From Eubacteriales bacterium (lineage in GTDB: Bacteria > Bacillota > Clostridia > Oscillospirales > CAG-382), in the NCBI GenBank assembly GCA_045612545.1, contig JAZKZH010000005.1, positions 7,124-71,123 on the forward strand: a stretch of DNA of 64,000 bases, written 5' to 3'. Both the position numbers and the translations under genes were made by a program. Below are positions 39,078-48,094 of this stretch, one piece after another. Under the pieces are notes generated by a model. The model had not been told where the DNA came from. It made no database searches and saw nothing but the letters and a program-made list of their open reading frames with translations. Position 1 is the stretch's first letter, and every line of letters starts with the position of its first letter.

Positions 39078-39530
39078 TTATCCGTTCAGCACCGTTTCCA
39101 GGGTTCTTGCGAAGGCCTCCAAGCCCGCCCGGTCTTCCTCCGTAAAGCGGCCGAAAACGGGGCTATCCATATCCAGCACGCCGAAAAGCGCTCCTCCCAC
39201 GTACATGGGGATGACGATCTCGGAATTGGAAGCAGAGTCGCAGGCGATATGCCCCGGAAAAGCGTGAACGTCGGGAACCACCAAGCTCTCCCCTTTTTCT
39301 GCGGCAGTACCGCAAACGCCCTTCCCCATGGGGATCCTTGTGCAGGCGGTTTTCCCCTGGAAGGGGCCTAAAAGGAGGGTACCGTTTTTATACAGATAAA
39401 ACCCCGCCCAGTTCAGCTCCTCCAGAGTATGAAACAGCAACGCCGAGGCATTGGCAAGGTTGGAGATGGGCTCCGTTACCCCCTCGGTAAGGGCAAGAAG
39501 CTGTCTGCATAAAAGCTTGTAATCGGTCAT
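39078..39530 (-). CDS. GAF-domain protein (free methionine-(R)-sulfoxide reductase-like)
   Basis: Start at MTDYKLL. NWAGFYL...GKGVCGTAA pattern as in YebR/MsrC. Confidence 0.7.
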   Translation of the reverse strand: MTDYKLLCRQLLALTEGVTEPISNLANASALLFHTLEELNWAGFYLYKNGTLLLGPFQGKTACTRIPMGKGVCGTAAEKGESLVVPDVHAFPGHIACDSASNSEIVIPMYVGGALFGVLDMDSPVFGRFTEEDRAGLEAFARTLETVLNG

Positions 39531-39534
39531 AAAA

Positions 39535-40308
39535 TCACCCAAATACTTCTGCGGCAGAAACCAGCAGAAGCCTTTCTTCATCAATCAAATCTCTTCCGTA
39601 GGCGTCAAAAAAACGGTCTCGGTAAGCATCGGTGTGGAGATTGAATTCCAAGGTCCACGCCCCCCAATAGAGATCCACGTGGCGGTCGCCAACACCTCCG
39701 TTGCCCAAATCGATGAGTCCCGACACCTGCCACCCCTTTAGCATCACGTTGGGCAGGCAGTAATCTCCGTGAAGGAGGGTATTCTTTTCCGGCAGGTGGC
39801 GGCGGGCTTCCAGAAAGCCGTAGGCCTCCTCCGCCGTGGCAAAGGCGCCGCCGCAATACGTCAGATCGTATGCCTTTTTGCGGTAGTTCTCCTCTGCGGT
39901 GGCAAAATAGCGTTTGCCGTGATCCTCCACGGGGCAACCCGCCGTGGGCAGGCTGTGGATGGTGCGCAGAGTCTCCGCCCAAAGCTCACAGAGCTTCTTC
40001 GGCTCTGCCAAATGGTCCGGATGGGTGCAATCCTCCCCCTCCACTGCTGTGGTCAACAGCCAATCCCGCTCTTCGCTGAGATAGCAAAGCACCTCGGGGG
40101 CTTTGTAGACCCCATGGAAAAAGGCGGTCAGCTCTCCTTCTCTCTTCAAGCTTCCCTTGGGGGCGGATTTCAAAAAGCAATTTTCTCTCGGAATGTAAAG
40201 CACCCGCGCCGCGGCAGAACAGCTGCTGTCATAGATCTCCCCCTTCAATAAGGGATGAAAGACCTCCGGAAAAGCAGAAGGGTCGGGTGTGATCAGCTTG
40301 CGTTCCAT
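39535..40308 (-). CDS. APH(3')-like aminoglycoside phosphotransferase family protein
   Basis: 257 aa. Catalytic HGDYCLPNVM and IDLGNGGVGDRHVDL motifs with APH(3')-like spacing. Confidence 0.75.
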   Translation of the reverse strand: MERKLITPDPSAFPEVFHPLLKGEIYDSSCSAAARVLYIPRENCFLKSAPKGSLKREGELTAFFHGVYKAPEVLCYLSEERDWLLTTAVEGEDCTHPDHLAEPKKLCELWAETLRTIHSLPTAGCPVEDHGKRYFATAEENYRKKAYDLTYCGGAFATAEEAYGFLEARRHLPEKNTLLHGDYCLPNVMLKGWQVSGLIDLGNGGVGDRHVDLYWGAWTLEFNLHTDAYRDRFFDAYGRDLIDEERLLLVSAAEVFG

Positions 40309-40468
40309 AAATAACCTCCGTGGGAATCGTTACCTTTATTGTAGCGGAAAGAATGGTTTTTGTCAAGGCGGGTATGGGTTTTACACTTTGTTCATAAGAA
40401 CCTCGGCATTTTGCCATATCCTAAGAGTATCTTAAAGAAAAGAGGCGCAAAAGGAGGAAAAAAGTGAG

Positions 40469-41083
40469 ATGAACGTATTACTATGTATTATTTTGGGATA
40501 TTTGCTGGGCTCCTTGAACCCTGCGGCATTGATCGGGAAGCTCAAGCAGTTTAACCTGCGGAAGCACGGCACGGGGAATTTGGGCGCTACCAACGTACTG
40601 CTGAACTTCGGCAAGGGGTTTGCCGCGGTGGTGATGCTGTTCGACATCTTCAAGGCTTTTGCGGCCTTCCATTTAACCTCTCTGTTCTGCGGGGAGATTG
40701 AAATTGCTCCCTATTTGGCAGGAACGGCGGCCATTGTGGGACACATCTTCCCCTTCTATTTGAAGTTCAAGGGCGGGAAGGGCTTGGCCTCCTTCGGCGG
40801 GTTTGTACTGGCGGTGGATCCCAAGGTGTTCTGCTTCCTTTTAGTCACCGGTGTTATCGCCATGCTGGTGGTGAATTACAGCGTTGCCCTGCCCTATTTT
40901 GCGGGGATCGCCTTCCCTGTCTTTATGTGGATCTTAAAGAAAAGCGTGCCGGTGATCGCGGTCTGCTCTGCGGTCAGCGGGTTGATCCTGTATAAGCACA
41001 GAGGGAACATCAAAAAGGCCATGGACGGCACGGACAACAAGATCCGCGAATACGTGGCCACGAAATTGTTTGCGAAAAAGTAA
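40469..41083 (+). CDS. plsY: glycerol-3-phosphate acyltransferase PlsY
   Basis: 204 aa. GSLNPA...HGTGNLGATNV motif. AAGGAGG RBS. Confidence 0.9.
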   Translation: MNVLLCIILGYLLGSLNPAALIGKLKQFNLRKHGTGNLGATNVLLNFGKGFAAVVMLFDIFKAFAAFHLTSLFCGEIEIAPYLAGTAAIVGHIFPFYLKFKGGKGLASFGGFVLAVDPKVFCFLLVTGVIAMLVVNYSVALPYFAGIAFPVFMWILKKSVPVIAVCSAVSGLILYKHRGNIKKAMDGTDNKIREYVATKLFAKK

Positions 41084-41471
41084 AGAAACAGGAATTTGAC
41101 TAAACAAACGGAAGATCCATACGTGCAGGAATGTTTTTCCCGCCAAAATCACAGTTTATCTCCCGTTGGCTCCTTCCACCACCAGCGGTGGTCCCCCTCC
41201 CTCTCGGAGGGAGGCTTTTCGGCACGGACAACAAGATCCGCGAATACGTGGCGACGAAATTGTTTGCGAAAAAGTAAAGAAACAGAAATTTGACTAAACA
41301 AACGGAAGATCCATAAGTGCAGGAATGTTTTTCCCGCCAAAATCACAGTTTATCTCCCGTTGGCTCCTTCCACCACCTGCGGTGGTCCCCCTCCCTCTCG
41401 GAGGGAGGCTTTTCGGCACGGACAACAAGATCCGCGAATACGTGGTCACGAAATTGTTTGCGAAAAAGTGA
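41027..41471 (+). repeat. 194-bp tandem repeat (2.3 copies) that includes the last 19 codons of plsY
   Basis: Units start at 41027, 41221 and 41415 (GGCACGGACAACAAGATCCGCGAATACGTGG...). Only 4 mismatches between full units. The third copy ends in TGA and runs into the terminator at 41472-41500. Confidence 0.9.
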
Positions 41472-41506
41472 GAAAAAGACCTCGATGGAGGTCTTTTTTC
41501 GATGGC

Positions 41507-41830
41507 AATAGGAACCTCATCCACCATTGCGGGAATTGAGAAAACCTGTTTTACCCGACCTGGAAATTCCCGCAATAGTCCCCCTTCCCCAAAGGGGAAG
41601 GCAAGAGCCCGCCGTTGGCGGGCGAAAAAGAGAGTTCAATCGTGCGCAGCCAAAAGTTATGGCGAGAAAAATAGAAATTCTTTTTTCGCCCCGCAGGGGC
41701 ATACGATAATTCCCGCTTGCGAAGCAAGCATCTTGCCTTCCCCTTTGGGGTAGGGGGACCGGCGTGGGGCGGAAAGAGCAAGAAAAACAGCACTTAATAT
41801 TCTCCCGCGATGGTGGATGAGGTTCCTATT
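41507..41830. mobile_element. MITE-like palindromic element, copy 1
   Basis: About 29-bp terminal inverted repeats AATAGGAACCTCATCCACCATTGCGGGAA / TTCTCCCGCGATGGTGGATGAGGTTCCTATT. Inner inverted repeat GTCCCCCTTCCCCAAAGGGGAAGGCAAG. No ORF. Confidence 0.7.
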
Positions 41831-42005
41831 AAACGGGCGATTCGTGAATCGCCCCTACTTGCTTGCCGTTGTTCGCCAACTTGGGATGAGGCTCCTATTG
41901 AGGTTCCTTTTCCCCGCACAAAAAACACCCCGGCAGACTGCAATCATCTGTCGGGGCATTCTTATCCTTTGTACCGTTTTTCCATTTCTTCCAAATCGTA
42001 GTCCG

Positions 42006-42042
42006 GGAATACGTGGCGACGAAGCTGTTCGTAAAAAAATAA
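42006..42042 (+). repeat. fourth, diverged copy of the plsY 3' tail
   Basis: GGAATACGTGGCGACGAAGCTGTTCGTAAAAAAATAA encodes ..EYVATKLFVKK*. Followed by a strong bidirectional terminator at 42049-42085. Confidence 0.7.
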
Positions 42043-42090
42043 GATGCGAAAAGGGGTGTTTCTTTCCGGAAACACCCCTTTAACGTTCTT

Positions 42091-42927
42091 TTAATCCTCC
42101 AGCGCCTTGATGAGCTGACCCAAAACCGGCTCGAAGGCGGCACCGTACCAATGGTTCTCCAGGGTAGCGGTGTTCTTAATGCAGGCTACGGCGTAGTCTG
42201 CGGCGATGCGGGCGGCGTCGTAGGCGGACTTGCCACGCATCAAAGCGCCCACGAAGGCGGAGGCGTAGATGTCTCCCGTGCCGTGACAGCCGTTGGGGAG
42301 CATCTCATGCTCGTAGTAGCTGTAAACGCCGTTTTCGTAAACAGCCACACCGTTCTTCTCGGGGGAATAGGAAACCCCGGTGAAGATCACGTTCTTGGCA
42401 CCCAAAGCGGTAAGCTTTTCCAAAAGGGTGAGGATAAAGGCCTGATCGTACTCCTCGGTGTAGGGCGTATCGGTGAGGAAGCAAGCCTCTGTCAGGTTGG
42501 GGATCACGTAATCCGCCTGGCCGCAAAGGGTCTTCATAGCCTCCACGAAGGGCTGATCGAAGCCGTAATACAGCTTGCCGTGGTCTGCCATGGCGGGGTC
42601 AACCACCTTGACACAGCCCTCAGCGGCAACACCCTCCATAATAGCCTTGACGTAATCGATCTGCTTGGTACTGCCCAAATAGCCGGTATAAATGGCGTCG
42701 AAATCGATGCCCTCCTTCTGCCAGTGGGCAAGGATGGACGGCATATCCTCCGTGAGGTCACGGAAGGTGAAGCCGGTAAAGCCCCCTGTATGGGTGGAAA
42801 GCACGGCGGAAGGGAGGACGCAGGTCTCCACTCCGCAAGCGGAAAGCACGGGCAACGCCACGGTGAGGGAGCACTGCCCCACGCAGGAGATATCCTGCAC
42901 GGTTAAAACACGACGGTATTGGGACAT
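42091..42927 (-). CDS. pdxK: pyridoxal/pyridoxamine kinase
   Basis: Start at MSQYRRVLTVQDISCVGQCS. Ribokinase-fold PdxK/PdxY pattern (GTGD near the C-terminus). Confidence 0.8.
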   Translation of the reverse strand: MSQYRRVLTVQDISCVGQCSLTVALPVLSACGVETCVLPSAVLSTHTGGFTGFTFRDLTEDMPSILAHWQKEGIDFDAIYTGYLGSTKQIDYVKAIMEGVAAEGCVKVVDPAMADHGKLYYGFDQPFVEAMKTLCGQADYVIPNLTEACFLTDTPYTEEYDQAFILTLLEKLTALGAKNVIFTGVSYSPEKNGVAVYENGVYSYYEHEMLPNGCHGTGDIYASAFVGALMRGKSAYDAARIAADYAVACIKNTATLENHWYGAAFEPVLGQLIKALED

Positions 42928-42990
42928 AAGGGGTTTCTCCTTGGGAAATAAGTTCTTTGCAGAAAAATATAGCACTTTTTTGGGGATTTG

Positions 42991-43926
42991 TCAAGCCTTT
43001 TTTGCGTACATGGGGGTGGAAAGATAACGGTCTCCCCCATCGGGGAACAGCACGGCGATACGCTTGTTCTTATTCTCGGGGCGGGAAGCCAGGGTAAAGG
43101 CGGCGTGGGCGGCGGCTCCTGCGGAGATACCCACCAGAATGCCCTCGGTCATGCCTACCAGACGTCCTGCGGCGTAGGCCTCCTCCTCGGTGACGGGGAT
43201 GATCTCGTCAAGAAGAGCAGTATCCAGCACGGAGGGGATGAAGTTAGCTCCGATGCCCTGCAAGCCGTGAGGGCCTGCCTTCCCTGCAGAAAGCAAGGGG
43301 GAGGAAGCGGGCTCAACGCCCACGATGCGGCAATGAGGGTTCTGCTCCTTGAGGTACTTCCCCACGCCGGTGATAGTGCCTCCCGTGCCGATGCCGCAGA
43401 CAAAGACATCCGGTGCGCCCTCTAAATCGGCACACAGCTCAGGACCCGTGGTTTGGTAATGCACCATGGGATTGGCGGGGTTGTCAAACTGCCCGGGGAT
43501 CCAAGCGGAGGGGAAGCTTGCCGCCAGCTCCTCGGCCTTGCGGATGGCTCCCTGCATTCCCTCTGCGCCGGGGGTCAGCACCACCTCTGCGCCGAAGGCC
43601 TCCATCAAGAGACGGCGTTCCTTGGACATACTGTCGGGCATGACGATGATCACCCGATACCCGCGGGAAGCCCCCACGGCACAAAGTCCTATGCCGGTGT
43701 TGCCGGAGGTTGGCTCGATGACCACGGTGTGGGGGGTGAGCAGACCCTCCGCCTCTGCGGTATCCATCATGGCCTTGGCCACACGATCCTTCACAGAGCC
43801 TGCGGGGTTTAAGGATTCGATTTTTGCATACAGAGAAGCGGAAAGGGACAAGCGCTTTTCCGCCTTCTCCAGCCGTAACAAGGGGGTGTTGCCGATCAAA
43901 GCATCGACAGATGTGTAGATGGGCAT
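42991..43926 (-). CDS. cysK: cysteine synthase A (O-acetylserine sulfhydrylase)
   Basis: Start at MPIYTSVDALIGNTPL. PLP lysine motif NPAGSVKDR and GTGGT loop. Confidence 0.9.
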   Translation of the reverse strand: MPIYTSVDALIGNTPLLRLEKAEKRLSLSASLYAKIESLNPAGSVKDRVAKAMMDTAEAEGLLTPHTVVIEPTSGNTGIGLCAVGASRGYRVIIVMPDSMSKERRLLMEAFGAEVVLTPGAEGMQGAIRKAEELAASFPSAWIPGQFDNPANPMVHYQTTGPELCADLEGAPDVFVCGIGTGGTITGVGKYLKEQNPHCRIVGVEPASSPLLSAGKAGPHGLQGIGANFIPSVLDTALLDEIIPVTEEEAYAAGRLVGMTEGILVGISAGAAAHAAFTLASRPENKNKRIAVLFPDGGDRYLSTPMYAKKA

Positions 43927-43939
43927 AAGGAACCTCCTT

Positions 43940-44686
43940 TTATCCCAAGAGAACGTCCATGGCAAGCATCACGCAGAAGCCTGCCAGGAGGGTATATGTA
44001 GCGCCCTTTTGGTGTCCGTGGGCGTGGGTCTCGGGGATCATGTCCGCGCTGATAACGTACAGCATGGTGCCTCCCGCAAAGGCCAAGGCAAAGGGCAGGA
44101 TCATCTCCGCCACGCTTACGGCGAAGAAGCCGAGCAAAGCCCCCGCAACCTCCACAAGGCCTGTCATCATGGCGCAAAGGAAGGTGCGCTTGTGAGAAAC
44201 TCCCGCCGCCAGCATGGGCCCGATGATCACCATACCCTCGGGAATGTTCTGCAAGGCGATACCCCCCGCCACGATCAGGGCGCGGGTATTGTCCCCTGCA
44301 CCGAAGCCGACGCCTGCGGCGATGCCCTCGGGGAGGTTATGGATGGCGATGGCGGTGACGAAGAGAAGCACCTTGCTCAGATTGGCGCCGCCGCCCTCCT
44401 CCGCACCTACCAAACGGTGCAGGTGGGGTACCAGCTTATCGATCACGTTCAAAAACAGCGCCCCTGCAAAAATGCCGGCCACGGTGATGAGAACGCCGTA
44501 ATTTCCGCCGTATTCTAAGGAGGGGACGATCAGCCCCAGCACGGCAGCCGCCAGCATTACCCCTGCGGCAAAGGCCATGACGAAATCGGAGAATTGGTGG
44601 GAAAGATTCTTGAATCCAAAGCCCAAAAGGGAGCCGAACACCGTGGCTCCTCCCACGCCAAGGGCTGTTAATAAAACCAGTTCCAT
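43940..44686 (-). CDS. ZIP-family metal transporter
   Basis: 248 aa. HNLPEG/QNIPEG motifs. ZupT-like. Confidence 0.85.
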   Translation of the reverse strand: MELVLLTALGVGGATVFGSLLGFGFKNLSHQFSDFVMAFAAGVMLAAAVLGLIVPSLEYGGNYGVLITVAGIFAGALFLNVIDKLVPHLHRLVGAEEGGGANLSKVLLFVTAIAIHNLPEGIAAGVGFGAGDNTRALIVAGGIALQNIPEGMVIIGPMLAAGVSHKRTFLCAMMTGLVEVAGALLGFFAVSVAEMILPFALAFAGGTMLYVISADMIPETHAHGHQKGATYTLLAGFCVMLAMDVLLG

Positions 44687-44691
44687 GGAAA

Positions 44692-45315
44692 TCAGCTCAG
44701 AGGCTCGAAGTCGGAAGCGCCGTGCTTACACAGCGGACAAACGAAGTCCTCGGGCAGAGGATCCCCCTCGTACACGTAGCCGCAGATCTTGCACACGTAG
44801 CCCTTGGGAGTGTCTGCCTTCTTTTCGGGCTTGGGCTTCACGTTCTTGTGGTAGTAGGAATAGGTCATGGTCTCTTCACCGGACAGCACCTTCGCCTCCG
44901 TCACGGTGCAGATGAACATTCCGTGGGTGTCAAGATCAATATACTGCTCCACCGCCAGGGAGAAGAAGGCGTTGCTGTACTCCGGCAGAACGGCGATGCC
45001 GTTGGCAGAGCGCATGGGAACGCCCTGGGGGAATTTGTTGGTGTCACTGCCGCTGGCAAAGCCGAAGCGGGTGAACACAGAGAAGGGAGTGGACTCGGTG
45101 AGGCAGTTCACGTTGCACTTCCCCGTTCTCATCAGTACCCAGTGGGAGTAGTTTTGTTTATTCACCGTCACAGCCACCCGCAGAGGGTTGCTTGTAAGTT
45201 GAACAGCGGTGTTGATGATACAGCCGTTGTCCTTGAGATCCTCTCTGGTGGTCAGCACGTACAGACCGTAGCCGATCTTGAACATAGCAGTGGAGTCGAT
45301 GATGTTTTCGGACAT
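44692..45315 (-). CDS. flavin reductase-rubredoxin fusion (high-molecular-weight rubredoxin-like)
   Basis: Start at MSENIID. Flavin-reductase-like domain plus a C-terminal CKICGYVYEG...CPLC rubredoxin knuckle pair. Confidence 0.8.
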   Translation of the reverse strand: MSENIIDSTAMFKIGYGLYVLTTREDLKDNGCIINTAVQLTSNPLRVAVTVNKQNYSHWVLMRTGKCNVNCLTESTPFSVFTRFGFASGSDTNKFPQGVPMRSANGIAVLPEYSNAFFSLAVEQYIDLDTHGMFICTVTEAKVLSGEETMTYSYYHKNVKPKPEKKADTPKGYVCKICGYVYEGDPLPEDFVCPLCKHGASDFEPLS

Positions 45316-45459
45316 AAAAACAGTTCCTTTCTTTGACCCATATTTCTTTGAAGGTAGTATATCATATTTTTTCCCTATCATCAAGAAGAATACAAAATTT
45401 TTCTTGAAAAGAATGGGAGAATATGATAGAATACCCACAGAAAACACGGGAGGCAAAGC

Positions 45460-46407
45460 ATGACGTTTCAATGGACAGAATATACCGAAAAGGATCGGGA
45501 GACGGTAGACGGCTGGCTGGATGCCCAAGCGGTGCGCATGACGGGCATGGACGAGGGCTTTCACAGCGACTACACCTACTGGTCAGAACAGCCCGACATG
45601 GAAATTGGCGCGAATTTCTGGGCAAAGGTATTCTCCGTGGGCGATCAGCCGGCGGGAGTCGTGTTGCTTTCCAAGGAGGAAGCCATTCTCACCGTGATGG
45701 AAATTCTGGTTGACCCCGCCCTGCGAGGTAAGGGCTTGGGCTCTGCCGCATTGCGGGAGTTGATTGCCGAGGGGAATGCTATTTTGGGTATTCCCGTCAC
45801 GGCGGCAATCGCGGTGATCTTCCCGGACAACCTTCCTTCCGCAAGGGCTTTTGAGAAGGCGGGGTTCCGCTTGGACTCACTTCACCCCGACGGGGACGCC
45901 ATGTACTACCGTTATGATAAATTTTCCTTTTCCTGCCTCCGTGCGGAGGATCGAAAGCTTCTTCCCCGCTTGTTCGCCATTCTCCATGAGAATATGAACG
46001 CCATCGCTCCCACGGGGAACAGCTACGAAGAAGACGAAGCCCTTTGGTGCACTTGCATCGAAGAAGCCCTTTCCAAAGACCCTCGGAAGCTGCTAATGAT
46101 CTACGACGGAGAAACCTTGGCGGGGTTCTTTATGTACTACGTAAACGGGGATCTCTGGATGATGGAGGAGATCCAATTCGCCCCCGCCTACCGGGGAAGC
46201 GGGCTGTTCCGAAGATTGTTCGCCCATTTGCTTTCCCTTTTGCCCGATTCCGTGGAGTACGTGGAAGCTTACGCCAACAAAAAGAACGAAAGATCCCAAG
46301 GGATCTTACGGCATTTGGGGCTCTGCCTCATCGGGGAAAATCAAAACGGCAACAGCTATCACTTCCGCGGGAAGTATAGTGATCTGAAAAAAGCGGTGAG
46401 GGGATAA
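45460..46407 (+). CDS. GNAT-family N-acetyltransferase (two acetyltransferase-like halves)
   Basis: 315 aa. RGKGLGSAAL and YRGSGLFRRLF acetyl-CoA-binding-type motifs. Confidence 0.75.
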   Translation: MTFQWTEYTEKDRETVDGWLDAQAVRMTGMDEGFHSDYTYWSEQPDMEIGANFWAKVFSVGDQPAGVVLLSKEEAILTVMEILVDPALRGKGLGSAALRELIAEGNAILGIPVTAAIAVIFPDNLPSARAFEKAGFRLDSLHPDGDAMYYRYDKFSFSCLRAEDRKLLPRLFAILHENMNAIAPTGNSYEEDEALWCTCIEEALSKDPRKLLMIYDGETLAGFFMYYVNGDLWMMEEIQFAPAYRGSGLFRRLFAHLLSLLPDSVEYVEAYANKKNERSQGILRHLGLCLIGENQNGNSYHFRGKYSDLKKAVRG

Positions 46408-46650
46408 GGAACCTCATCCACCGTACGCAAGCGTACGGTCCCCCTTCCCCATGGGGGAAGGTTAGCACACCTGCGGTGTGCGAAAAAGGCTTTCAATCGT
46501 GCGTAGCCAAAAGTTATGGCGAGAAAAACAAAAATTCTTTTTCCGCCCCGAAGGGGCATACGATAAATTTCCGCCTCCCCTTTAGGGGGGCCTCGCCTTC
46601 CCCTCTGGGGATAAGGGTAGCTCCCAAAGGGAGCGGATGAGGTTCCGAAT
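46404..46650. mobile_element. MITE-like palindromic element, copy 2
   Basis: Ends AAGGAACCTCATCCAC / GCGGATGAGGTTCC. Shares an about 75-nt core (46492-46566) with copy 1 (41635-41709). Begins at the GNAT stop codon. Confidence 0.7.
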
Positions 46651-46749
46651 TCCTTATTTCCGAGACAAAAATTCTCCCAAAAAGCAATTTTGATCAATCA
46701 TTCCCCAAAAAGAAATGGTATACTCTCCTTATGAAGGAGGTGCGTTCCC

Positions 46750-47595
46750 ATGGAATTGCAGGTTTTACAGCGGGTGATCCGTCATATCGAAGAGCATCTG
46801 CGGGAGGACAAGCCGGATCTTTTGGACAACGCCGCCTTAGCCAAGGTAGCGGGGCTTTCGGTGTTTCATTTTCTGCGGGAATTCCGCGCCGCCGCAGGAC
46901 TTTCCGCAGCGGACTACATCCGCAAGCGGCGGATCTCCGAGATCGTAAAGCGGATGGGGGAAAACCGTCCCATGTCGGACATCGCCTTTGAATACGGCTT
47001 CAACTCCAAGGAGCATTTCACCCGCGCCTTCAAAAAGGAGCACGGGGTGCTTCCCTCGGCGTACAAAAGAGCGGGGTGCAGTCTGCGGCTGTACGAGCCC
47101 TTGCAGGTCTCCCCTGCCCGGGTCGTTCCCGCAGTTTCCTTGGGATATTTGGGGGAGACCGTTTTGACGGTGTATCCCTTCGGCGACCTCTACCCGCCCA
47201 AGTGCTGGAATCTTTACAACACGGAAGGGCGTTCCTCCCGATTGACCGGCGGCAGAGTGGCAAAGGATCACGGGGTGATGTATTTCCACAGAGACACGGG
47301 GAAGCTGGAATACTTCATCGGTGTCCGCAAGGAAGAAGCCGCAGGCGACAAAAACGGCACAGCGGAGCTTACCGTCCCGGCAGGGCTTTACGCCGTCTTT
47401 GAGACCCCGCCCGCCGCGCAGCATAATTTTTCCGCCGTCATCCGGGACACTTGGGAGTACATCCGGGAAGAATGGTTCCCGGAAAGCGGATACCTGCGCA
47501 AGGACGGCTTCGAATTGGAAACCTACACCGAGGAAAGCAGAACCTACACGGAAACTATTTACATTCCCATTGAAAGGAAGAGGGATCATGGCTGA
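46750..47595 (+). CDS. AraC-family regulator with GyrI-like effector-binding domain
   Basis: 281 aa. N-terminal HTH_AraC (FHFLREF...SKEHFTRAFKKEHG) plus a C-terminal GyrI-like domain. Confidence 0.85.
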   Translation: MELQVLQRVIRHIEEHLREDKPDLLDNAALAKVAGLSVFHFLREFRAAAGLSAADYIRKRRISEIVKRMGENRPMSDIAFEYGFNSKEHFTRAFKKEHGVLPSAYKRAGCSLRLYEPLQVSPARVVPAVSLGYLGETVLTVYPFGDLYPPKCWNLYNTEGRSSRLTGGRVAKDHGVMYFHRDTGKLEYFIGVRKEEAAGDKNGTAELTVPAGLYAVFETPPAAQHNFSAVIRDTWEYIREEWFPESGYLRKDGFELETYTEESRTYTETIYIPIERKRDHG

Positions 47596-48094
47596 GATCA
47601 TCAAGGTATTCAAGGAAGATATCCCCACCCTGCGGTTTATCGGCAAGGTATACGGAGAGTTTGGACATTGGGGAGAATTTTGGGCAAACGATTGGTTTGG
47701 ACTTTTGGAAAAAACCATGGGCGGGGTGGAAAAGATCCTTGCTCTGTGGAAAAACGGCGGCGGTTACGTGGGGCTGGAGCATTACGTTCCCCATAAGCCC
47801 TTTGAATATTGGCTGGGGATGTTCGTCCCTGCCGATACCCCCGTGCCCGAAGGATTTTCCCATAAAGATTTTGAAGGCCTCGCTCTGGGCACCTGCCATA
47901 TCTACGGCAAGGAAAGCGAGGTGCACGATACCTCTGCTTGTCGCCCCGCATTGGAACAAGCGGGAATGAAGATCTGGGCGGACTCGGACGGCGGCACTTG
48001 GTCCTTTGAAAATTGCCTCTGTCCCCGCTATACCACCCCCGATGACAAGGGAAACATCATTTTGGATTATTGTTATTTCGTGGAGAAAACATGA
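47588..48094 (+). CDS. GyrI-like small-molecule-binding protein
   Basis: Start at the internal ATG (MAEIIKVFKEDIPTLRFIG). 168 aa. Overlaps the upstream stop by 8 nt. Confidence 0.6.
   Translation: MAEIIKVFKEDIPTLRFIGKVYGEFGHWGEFWANDWFGLLEKTMGGVEKILALWKNGGGYVGLEHYVPHKPFEYWLGMFVPADTPVPEGFSHKDFEGLALGTCHIYGKESEVHDTSACRPALEQAGMKIWADSDGGTWSFENCLCPRYTTPDDKGNIILDYCYFVEKT

Noticed and set aside
41096-42001. Numerous 60-95-aa ORFs in the plsY-pdxK spacer and at 46359-46697
   Set aside because: They are translations of tandem and palindromic repeats in several frames and on both strands (for example the recurring SPVGSFHH.RWSPSLSEGGF). They have no RBS, so they are not genes.
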